A DNA stretch of 64,000 nt from Fistulifera solaris (taxonomy: Eukaryota): NCBI GenBank assembly GCA_030295235.1, contig AP026126.1, forward strand, positions 1,302,001-1,366,000. Reading direction: 5' to 3'. Position numbers and translations under genes: made by a program. The notes beneath the pieces are model-generated. The model saw only the letters and a list, made by a program, of their open reading frames with translations. It did no database searches and was not told the DNA's origin. The number at the start of each line of letters is the position of its first letter. Positions within the stretch are counted from its first letter, which is position 1. This document shows positions 1-9,838 of this stretch, piece by piece.

Positions 1-2
1 CT

Positions 3-209
3 TTGGATTTGGCGTTCCTGGAAGAACCGGCTCGACGAGTGATTATTGACCAGTGTCCTTTGACTAACGAGAAAGTACGCCATTCACATGTTGTTCCAAC
101 ACCGTGGAACCTTTGGGATGGATATGCTTCTTCTATACGATTACCTTCCTCGTTTCCTTCCTACACGTCAGATGGTGTTGTGCCAATGTGGGCGAAATAT
201 ATATTATAA
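3..209 (+). CDS. Probable 3' end of a gene entering from the left edge (unknown product)
   Basis: Open frame from the window edge to TAA at 207-209, convergent with the coronin 3' end. No recognisable motif. Confidence 0.35.
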   Translation: MDLAFLEEPARRVIIDQCPLTNEKVRHSHVVPTPWNLWDGYASSIRLPSSFPSYTSDGVVPMWAKYIL

Positions 210-343
210 GCTCCGGAAAATAGAAGCAAAATTGGGGTGTAAACTACGAGTGGTTCGTTACGTTTTCGTGTTTCGCGATGTGTTGTACTCGGCATACCTC
301 GCAAGTCGGATGGATGGAAAACATATGTTAATAGTTTAGATGA

Positions 344-1737
344 TCAATATTCAATGCCAGCTTCCTTTAGTTTCTCTTCCAAATACTGAATTCGTTCATT
401 TGCTTCGGCCAAACTCTTTTGGGTCTTATCCAGATCTTCCTGAGCTGTCTCAAGACTCTTTGTCTTTTCATCCAAGTCTTTTGTGCCCCTTCCAATTCTT
501 TCTGTACGGCAGCCGCCGGTTTGAATGTTTTGGTGGGCTTGGAGACGGCGGCCGCTGTCTTGCCTCCATCCTTGGGGTCCAGCGACATTTTGACCGGCTC
601 CTTCGACGATCCCTCCAGCCACTCCGCGAATGAGTGCGATGGCACCGCGGCTGCCGTATCGGGGAAGATGTCGTCTTGGAAGGCGTCCGACTTGCGTGGG
701 ACTGTGAAGCTGAGAGGATGTACACCGGTGCTATTCGTTACCTTCAAAATACGTGTTGTTTCACAGTTCATGATTTTCAACCCACGTTTCGGCACCATGC
801 AGTATCCCTTACCCGGAATGTTCGAGCGGAATCCATCATTTAGCTTGAAAATGAAAGGACTCTTGTCTTCGTACTCATACAAACGAACGATACCATCTCC
901 CTTACCGCAAAGGTAAAGAACGTTGGTGTCTCCGTCCCAGAGAGGAATCATGGCACCCGCGGCTGTATCCACAGGTTCCGTGTGAATCGGCTTGTCAAAG
1001 TTTCGGATATCAAAGACTTTGATTTCTCGTGTGGATTGTTTGGAAGCACCAAAGAGAAGAGCTTACCCGAGTCGTTCGCATACACCACTTTGACACTTTT
1101 CGCTCCGTCATGCCCCAAAGTCTCAGCGGCCGTTTCCGCCGATCGCGGGTCGACGAGTCGAATTTGCTTGTCTTTACAAGTAACCGCGAACATGTCACCC
1201 GTATAATCCCATACAATGTCGTGAATGATATTGTCACATCCGGAATACTTGCGAGCTTCCGAGCCGGTCTCGACGTCCCAGATTCGGACCGTGTAGTCTC
1301 CACTGCTACTCATGAGTGAGTTGGCGGCCGTGGGATGGAATCGCAGCAACGTGACCTTCTTTCGGTGTCCGACAAGATCCACCACGCTTTCACTGAGTCC
1401 TTGTCCGGCTTTCTGTACACCATTCTCGTCGGTGGGTTCCCAAGTTTCCGGAATTTGCCAGATTTTAATTTTGGTGTCTTCACTACCGGTGGCCATCATG
1501 CTGTCATCAAAGGGATTCCAATCAAAGTCATTGACTGCACCTTCGTGTCCATGAACATATGGCCCATCGGCGACATCGAAACGACCGGGACGGTCGAGTC
1601 GATTGACGTAGACAGGGCCACCTCCGCCGGCCATGCCGACGGCAAAGTATTGGCGGATGCCTTGATATACTGTTGATCACCCGTGACGGTCGAGAGACGG
1701 AACTCTGTGAAAGTTTCCTGAAAAGAAGAAGAAGAAG

Positions 1738-1769
<32 letters not shown>

Positions 1770-1895
1770 GTAGTGTAAGCGACCGTTTCTGTGAAACAAA
1801 GCTCAATCTTGAAAGGAAGCTATACAAGTACTCACTTCTACTTTCGGCTGGTCACAGAAAACATGACGATATTTGGATGTGCGGATTTTAAACAT
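344..1895 (-). CDS. CORO: Coronin (WD40 actin-binding protein), 2 exons, apparent frameshifts
   Basis: Exon 1 (1895-1836) encodes MFKIRTSKYRHVFCDQPKVE, the coronin N-terminal signature. Intron 1835-1718 runs GTGAGT...CAG. Later motifs: GHEGAVNDFDWNPFDD..ATGSED, GKGDGIVRLYE, VPRKSDAFQDDIFPDT, and a C-terminal coiled coil ending at 344. The CDS is split over frames by 1-bp shifts. Confidence 0.93.
1723..1768. repeat. (AAG)n microsatellite in the coronin intron
   Basis: About 15 AAG units directly next to the intron acceptor; reads (CTT)n on the coding strand. Confidence 0.95.
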
Positions 1896-2298
1896 GGTGT
1901 GAAGATTGGTTAGATCAAATGACACAAAAGAGCAACGTCTATGTTGTACCAGGTATATTCTTTGAATGAATGAGTTGCCGAAGTGACTTGTGACTTCGAA
2001 GGACACGAGACAAGATAGATAGATACTAAAGTACTTGTAGAAGTATCATGTATGTCTTGTCTCGTTTTGGTTGGGAGTTCAGAGGACAGCAAGATGGGGG
2101 CGGGGACGACGCGACGAGGGATGCATGCCGTTTTGAAGTGAGAGTAGGTCATTATTATTTTGTCTTGGTTGACGAAAATGACCCATGGACGCTGCTTACT
2201 GTTTGATGGATAGTAATGTGAACCCACACCCAACACAATTTTCGTCTGCTCGTTGTACGTACATACGTTAGTCTCAAAACTCAAAACGGACAACAGTG

Positions 2299-2543
2299 TC
2301 AGACATTCTGCAATAGTCGGACATGTTGCCATAGTCAAACATGTTGCCATAGTCAAACATGTTGCCATAGTCGGACATGCTGTTGCAATAGTTGGACATG
2401 TTGTACATGTAGCAATAGTCGGACATGTTGCAATAGTCAGACATGTTGCAATAGTTGGACATGTTGCAAAAGTCAGACATGTTGCCATAGTAGGACATTT
2501 TGCAATAGTCAGACATGTTGCAAAAGTCAGACATGTTGCAATG
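2299..2543. repeat. 18-bp tandem repeat, consensus GCAATAGTCGGACATGTT (about 13 degenerate copies)
   Basis: Read directly; produces the HVAIVG hexapeptide periodicity in the ORF track. Confidence 0.92.
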
Positions 2544-3358
2544 GTGCACACTTCCGACTATTGCACACTTCCGACTATTGCACACTTCCGACTATTGCAC
2601 ACTTCCGACTATTGCACACTTCCAACTATTGCACACTTCCGACTATTGCACACTTCCGACTATTGCACACTTCCGACTATTGCACACTTCCGACTATTGC
2701 ACACTTCCGACTATTGCACACTTCCGACTATTGCACACTTCCGACTATTGCACACTTCCGACTATTGCACACTTCCGACTATTGCACACTTCCGACTATT
2801 GCACACTTCCGACTATTGCACACTTCCGACTATTGCACACTTCCGACTATTGCACACTTCCGACTATTGCACACTTCCGACTATTGCACACTTCCGACTA
2901 TTGCACACTTCCGACTATTGCACACTTCCGACTATTGCACACTTCCGACTATTGCACACTTCCGACTATTGCACACTTCCGACTATTGCACACTTCCGAC
3001 TATTGCACACTTCCGACTATTGCACACTTCCGACTATTGCACACTTCCGACTATTGCACACTTCCGACTATTGCACACTTCCGACTATTGCACACTTCCG
3101 ACTATTGCACACTTCCGACTATTGCACACTTCCGACTATTGCACACTGACCATTGCACACTTCCGACTATTGCACACTTCCGACTATTGCACACTTCCGA
3201 CTATTGCACACTTCCGACTATTGCACACTTCCGACTATTGCACACTTCCGACTATTGCACACTTCCGACTATTGCACACTTCCGACTATTGCACACTGAC
3301 TATTGCACAACACTTCCGACTATTGCACACTTCATTGACACTCAGACTATTGCACACT
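2544..3358. repeat. 17-bp tandem repeat TGCACACTTCCGACTAT (roughly 46 near-perfect copies)
   Basis: Read directly; 17-aa periodicity (3 units = 51 bp) in all three + frames. Confidence 0.97.
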
Positions 3359-3360
3359 GT

Positions 3361-5061
3361 CATGAGAAGTGAGATGAGAAGGAGATGAGACGTGACTGAG
3401 ATGAGTGAGATGAGAAGTGAGATGAGAAGTGAGATGAGAAGTGAGATGTAGAGAAGTGAGAAGTGAGAAGTGAGATGAGAAGTGAGAAGTGAGATGTGAG
3501 AAGTGAGATGAGATGTGAGAAGTGAGATGAGAAGTGAGATGTGAGAAGTGAGAAGTGAGATGTGAGAAGTGAGAAGTGAGATGTGAGAAGTGAGAGAAGT
3601 GAGATGTGAGAAGTGAGATGAGAAGTGAGATGAGAAGTGAGAAGGAGATGAGATGAGAAGGAGAAGGAGAAGGAAGGAGATGTGAGATGAGAAGGAGATG
3701 AGATGAGATGAGATGAGATGTGAGAAGGAGAAGGAGATGTGAGAAGTGAGATGAGATGAGAGAGGAGAGATGTGAAGTGGAGATGTGAGAAGGAGATGAG
3801 AGAGTGAGAAGGAGAAGAGATGAGAAGAAGGAGAAGAGAAGGAGAAGAGAAGTGAGATGAGAAGAGATGAGAAGGAGAAGGAGATGGAGATGAGAAGGAG
3901 ATGAGATGAGATGAGATGTGAGAAGGAGATGAGAGTGAGAGGAGAAGGAGAAGGAGATGAGAAGGAGAAGGAGATGAGAAGGAGAAGGAGAGGAGAAGTG
4001 AGATGAGAAGGAGAAGGAGATGAGATGAGAAGGAGAAGGAGATGAGAAGGAGAAGGAGAAGGAGATGAGATGAGAAAAGAGATGGAGATGAAGGAGATGA
4101 GAAGAGATGAGAAAGGAGATGAGATGGAGGAAGGAGAAGAGAAGGAGAAGGAGATGGAGATGAGAAGGAGAAAGGATGGATGGAGAGTGAGAAGGATGGA
4201 GAAGGAGATGAGAGAGAGATGAGAGAGTGAGAAGGAGAAGATGAGAAGGGAGAAGAAGGATGAGAAGGAGAAGGATGAGAAGGAGATGGAGAATGAGATG
4301 AGGATGAGAAGGAGTGAGAGAGAAGAGAATGTGAGAAGAGATGAGAAGGAGATGGAGAAGGAGAGAATGATGAGAGAGATGATGGAAGAGAGATGAGAGA
4401 TGAGAAGGAGATGAGAAGTGAGGAGATGAGAATGAGATGAGAAGAAGGAGATGAGATGAGATGAGAGAGATGAGAAGAAGAGATGAGATGAGAGAGAGTG
4501 AGATGGAGATGAGAATGAGATGAGATGAGATGAGAAGGATGAGATGAGAAGAGAGATGAGACAGATGAGATGAGAAGGAGAAGTGAGAAGAAGGAAGGAG
4601 AAGAAGATGGAGAAGGAGAGTGAGAAGGAGAAGATGAGAAGTGAGAGGAGAAAGATGAGAAGGAGAGATGAGAAGTGAGAAGGAGATGAGATGAGAAGGA
4701 GATGAAGTGAGATGTGAGAAGTGAGAAGGAGAGGAGAAGGAGATGAGAAGGAGAAGTGAGATGTGAGAAGTGAGATGAGAAGTGAGATGAGAAGTGAGAA
4801 GTGAGATGAGAAGTGAGATGAGATGTGAGAAGTGAAGTGAGAGGAGATGAGAAGGAGAAGGATGAGAAGGTAATGAGAAGTGAGAAGTGAGATGTGAAGT
4901 GAAGTGAGAAGTGAGATGTGAGAAGTGAGAAGTGAGATGTGAGAAGTGAAGTGAGATGTGAGATGAGATGAGAAGTGTTAAGTGAGAAGAGAGAAGTGAG
5001 AAGTGAGATGTGAGAAGTGAGAAGTGAGATGTGTGAAGTGTAATGTGATGTGAGAAGTGAG
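3361..5061. repeat. GA-rich, almost C-free low-complexity satellite (GAGAAGTGAGAT / GAGAAG / GAGAT units)
   Basis: About 1.7 kb. The outer zones are dominated by GAGAAGTGAGAT(GT) and the centre by GAGAAGGAGAT-type units. Confidence 0.95.
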
Positions 5062-5425
5062 ATTGCACACTTCCGACTATTGCACACTTCCGACTATTGC
5101 ACACTTCCGACTATTGCACACTTCCGACTATTGCACACTTCACACTCCGCTGCACACTTCCGACTATTGCACACTTCCGACTATTGCACACTTCCGACTA
5201 TTGCACACTTCCGACTATTGCACACTTCCGACTATTGCACACTTCCGACTATTGCACACTTCCGACTATTGCACACTTCCGACTATTGCACACTTCCGAC
5301 TATTGCACACTTCGACTATTGCACACTTCCGACTATTGCACACTTCCGACTATTGCACACTTCCGACTATTGCACACTTCCGACTATTGACAGACTATTG
5401 CACACTTCCGACTATTGCACACTTC
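5062..5425. repeat. Second block of the 17-bp repeat (about 20 copies)
   Basis: Same unit and orientation as 2544-3358, with a few truncated units. Confidence 0.95.
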
Positions 5426-5590
5426 ATGTTGCAATAGTTGGACATGTTGCAATAGTCGGACATGTTGTTGCAATAGTCGGACATGTTGCAATAGTCGGAC
5501 ATGTTGCCATCTCACTTCTTACTTCTCACATCTCACTTCTTACTTCTCTCATCTCACTTCTCACTTCTCACAGCTCACATGTCACTTCTC
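5426..5590. repeat. Second block of the 18-bp repeat (4-5 copies) followed by a short CT-rich inverse copy of the GA satellite
   Basis: CATGTTGCAATAGTCGGA units to about 5510, then ATCTCACTTCT units (reverse complement of AGAAGTGAGAT) to about 5590. Confidence 0.88.
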
Positions 5591-6352
5591 AATATCCTTC
5601 GATAGCAGATGTACTTTGGTCTGCAAGAATGTGCAAGATCGAGTCTTACATTGAGTCATGGGCCTCACATTTTCTCACCAAAATCCAAGATTGGCCTATT
5701 GTGCAATTGTGTCTGCAAACTCAGGTGAGGTCAGGCTTGTACTGCAGGAAACTTTGGTGGAAGCAGAAGAAGGTGCATAGATTTTTCAAACATTTGGATG
5801 GAGATGGAGATATTAGTGCAAGTGAACAAGAAGAAAAGGATGGGTCTGATAGTGATGATGACTCACGATCAACCTCAAGTAGAAGAAGCAACAGAGAAAT
5901 TGAGGAAGTGGACAGTGGTAGTCACATTAATGAAGTAGATAATGTTGGTTAATAGAGAAGTGGCTAGATGGGTCTATGGAGAATGGAGACAGACGACAGA
6001 CTCTCTTCGGAGGGTCTGGCATCGCCCGTTGGAGCCAATAGTTGACACACACAACGGACAACGGACTGTCGATCAGCCGTGGAGTTTTTTAGCGTTCTCA
6101 ATGTGTCAGAACGGTATTCGGTGTACGATGTGGCAATTTATGACGTCTGCGAAGAGCGGACGCACAACAACAGCACAACGACAACAACCCAAATAAATTT
6201 CGTCCATCATCGATCATCGATCAAGGATGATGAAATCATTATTATTTCTTGGCCGTCATTTGTATCGTCGCCAATAATCTGTTTACGTCGTACCCATTCA
6301 ACGTTATACCGAAGTAGAGAAAGATCATTGTTTTCTATCTCCTTTAACAGCA

Positions 6353-7498
6353 ATGAGGCTCCAGCTGATAGTGTGTGCGGCCCTAGCTGCTTTCTTTCCT
6401 GTTGATGCACTACTCTCGACGCATCCGCAAACACTGTCGACCAAACAAACGTTTCATACTCGCCAATCTCCTCCTCTTTTTCGGCGGCGGCGGCGGCGGT
6501 AGGATCGGATGAAGTTGATGTTTCACCATCAGTCAAGGAAAGCAAATGGGACCGCGTCCGAAGGGAAGGAGGCATGTTTTCGATCCACACGAAATACGGT
6601 GGTTTGAATCCGTTCGGACTTTGGTATGGTGTGGTGGCTGTCACTCTCGGTATACCGTGGTATATTGCCATGACAATCTGTCAAATTTTTACAAGTTGAC
6701 TGGAGAGCGCTTCGATCGACTGCGACGCATTCCGATTTTTATTACACAAATCTGGGGGACACTGTTGTTGCGATTGACACATTGTTATCCCAAAATGGAA
6801 GGTTTGGATATTTTACGAAAATTCTACAAAGAGTACGTACTTGTATGTTGGTAAGAACCGTGCTGGATTGGCGCAGGCGTCTCATGGTGTCTTTCTCTTA
6901 GGGGTCGTTGTGCCATGTTTGTGGCGAATCACAGCTCATGGATGGACATTCCCTATCTGGGTGCGACCATCGGCTGGAGAAATTACAAACTCATTAGCAA
7001 AAGGAACTACAGCGTGTCCCTATTCTCGGTAAGGCCATCAAGGTCGGCGGTAATATTCTAGTAGATCGTCAAGATCGTAAGTCGCAGCTCATGACCTTGA
7101 AGAAGGGAATTCAATACTTACAAGACGGTGTGCATTTGTGCACGTATCCAGAAGGAACACGTACGCGTACGGGAAGACTCATGCCCTTTAAAAACGGTGC
7201 TTTCAAAATGGCGCACAAGGCGGGTGCACCGGTCATCCCCATATCGATTGTAGGTGCCGACAAATCCATGCCCATTCATTGGATGTTCCCTTTCCGACCC
7301 GGTCACCCCGTATCACGCGTGGTCGTCCATGAACCGATTGAGTCTAAGGGAAAGACGGAAGAGGAGCTGGCGGAGGCTGTTCGTAGTGCTCTGATTAGCG
7401 GATTGGACGATTACCAAAACCACTCGACAAGTGAGACACATCAACTGTCATTTAAGGAGTCTATGAGCAACAAATATAATTTCGTAGAATCCGCTTAG
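6353..7498 (+). CDS. 1-acyl-sn-glycerol-3-phosphate acyltransferase (LPAAT/PlsC family), probably plastid-targeted
   Basis: N-terminus [20 protein letters not shown] resembles a signal peptide. Intron at about 6832-6901. Acyltransferase motifs [10 protein letters not shown] and [20 protein letters not shown]. Frameshifted in several places, so the 3' end is uncertain. Confidence 0.9.
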
Positions 7499-7599
7499 TC
7501 CTTAATTTAACAGCAGTAGGTATTTATATGAGTATTATTCAAAGAATTTCATTGCTGTTCATGACAATCCACCATTTACAATGTTTGTGACCGAAACGA

Positions 7600-9304
7600 T
7601 TACGGTGTATGCCACTGAACCAAAAAGAACACATAAAAGACAAAACCGATCAACGCACTTCCGGAATAGGGCATTTTAGCTAGCTCTTCGAGCTCTTTTC
7701 GTCCATGAGGAAGTAACCCGACAAACAAAATGGGTGAAATTTGAATCAGCGTTGTGACAATTGTGAGATTAAACATGCCATTCAGGCCGCCTTCTTCCAG
7801 ACGTTCTTTGCTAACGTCATAAATTCCGAGAAGTGAAGAAGAGAGAGCGGGAGCTATCATTTGCGCGACATTGAACACAGTCCTAAAGCAAGGAATCGCC
7901 GGAATCCGTGTGAGCGAAAGTATCAAAGGTTGAAATCGAAAAACGAAAGCATTACAAATACGCACGTAAACATAGCATAACTGGCTCCCTCGGAACCCGT
8001 AGGGCAGAGACTGACCATGACGATCATCGTTGGAAGAAATTGAATTCCCACAATGAATTCGGCAAAAGCATCGTCACCCAGAGCGAACCAATAGGGAGGA
8101 ATGCCAAATGTTTTGTGACGGATCAGTAAAAGTTGCAAACTGCTCAATATGCAGTTGATACCAATCGAGACTTGATACAGGCGTCGCCAACTCAAGTGCA
8201 AGAAAAAGCATTTGTACGTCAGCGTTCCAATGTATAAGAATATGTACGACACAACCAGAAGAATGTTAAGTTGTGAGGCACCAAACGACAATCTCGTCGA
8301 AAGAAACTGACGCCACGCCGCGTTGGAGACCTGGAGTAGATTGAATATGTAAATGAATGCCATCGGCTGCCAAACGGATCTTCGGCAGACAGTTCTCCAG
8401 ATTTCCTTGCATTGTTTCTGGAAGCGAGGCTGGACAGAAGTGTCTTCGTCCATCCGAGCGATCAATGGAAGCAATAAGAGAGGGACCACCATAAGAATCT
8501 TCAAAATAGACGCAGGACCGTATGTACTGTACATATAGGTGGAAGCAGTCGCCGCGATCATGAGTCCAAAGAAGCGGATCACATAGCACGTGGATTGCAA
8601 TTGCCCGCGTCGCTCTTCCGATTCTATTTTTACCTTTTGTACAACGACCGAGTCGACCATGACATCGGCGCACCACAATCCGGCGCCGTAAAGAACAAAA
8701 GTAACACCCAAAAAGTGAGTGGCGGTTTGTCCTTTTCCGTAGGAGACTGACTTTGGTGATGGTCATCCGTTAGTTGATAGTCATGAAGAAGCCGAGCAAC
8801 TATGTATGAGCAAAGCAACCAGCCAAGCACCATGTAAGGTTTCCTTCGACAACCTGCAATCGGAACATTATCACTCCAAAATCCAAAAATGATTTTGCAA
8901 GCTGCCGGCAGCGTCGCGATCTGAGCCAAAGTCGTCTGCTGAGCTTCGGTGGCACCCAAATCGAGGGGCCATACGTTCATTAAAGGCCGTAACATTCCCT
9001 GTAGTATCCCCACCACCAAGTAACTTGCAGGAATTGCAATATTCTCGTAGCGGAACAATTGTAGAGCTCTAGGAGTATTTGTTGGGAACCAGTAATTTCG
9101 CCAGTAAGACAGGAAAATATGGACGAAACCCTTTGACATGGGTGACATCTCACCCTCCTCATAACAATCGAAATCCGCTCCATGAGTATGCGGATCTTCC
9201 TCTAATTCGCTGCTATATGTTGAAGAGCGTTGAGATTCCTGTCTTTCATTTACCAAATGAAGAGGCTGTAACTCCCTCGTTCTTGTTTCAATGTCAATTG
9301 TCAT
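7600..9304 (-). CDS. Folate-biopterin transporter (BT1/FBT family, MFS)
   Basis: KIIFGFWSDNVPIAGCRRKPY, ADVMVDSVVV, LCPTGSEGASYAMF and multiple TM helices. Intron at about 7966-7883. Split across ORFs 8630-9304, 7923-8711 and 7600-7965. Confidence 0.88.
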
Positions 9305-9838
9305 TCTTTGACTTCAGTATCTTTAGCGGCCTACTCGGTTCTTTTCTACGAAGGATTTCTTATCTGTCCACGGTCTCGCGACTTCAGAACAAATTATATG
9401 ATAAGGTAATAGGATGATTGTTGGTACATAGTATTGTAAAGGTTTCACAAGCAGGAAAAGAGGTAACGTCGAAAGAGGAAGTAAAATGTCTTTGTTGCCT
9501 TTTTGTTTGTTTGTTTTACAACAACAAATCTTTGCATCGAAATACGTAGAAATACGTAGCTTCCTTCTACGTAGTACCCTCACTACTTGTAGACAGTTAA
9601 AATTATCGTGAGAAAAATTGACGGACGGGTGAACAGACAACAAACGCGGCAATGATTTTTTGCATCTGCATCACCGATCACCGCAGCCACCAAGCAAGAC
9701 GGCGGCGAGCGTTTCCGATTACAAGGATCATTCATCATTTTAGCCTTTCATTTACGTATTGAGTAATCAATCATTGAAATCAATTCGTTCTTTCTTTTAA
9801 AAAAACGAAGATCAGTGTTGAAAGAAGCATCAGAGCAA

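Noticed and set aside
2544..3358. 17-bp array as CRISPR or telomere
   Set aside because: The units are head-to-tail with no unique spacers, there are no cas genes, the context is eukaryotic, and the array is internal and not TTAGGG-like.
1910..5437. Long repetitive ORFs (TCxTIA, HTSDYCTLPTIAHFRLL, Ser/His/Leu-rich) resembling antifreeze or metal-binding proteins
   Set aside because: They are by-products of stop-free DNA repeats. The 17-bp unit is not a multiple of 3 and is open in all three + frames, with no signal peptide or codon-level constraint.
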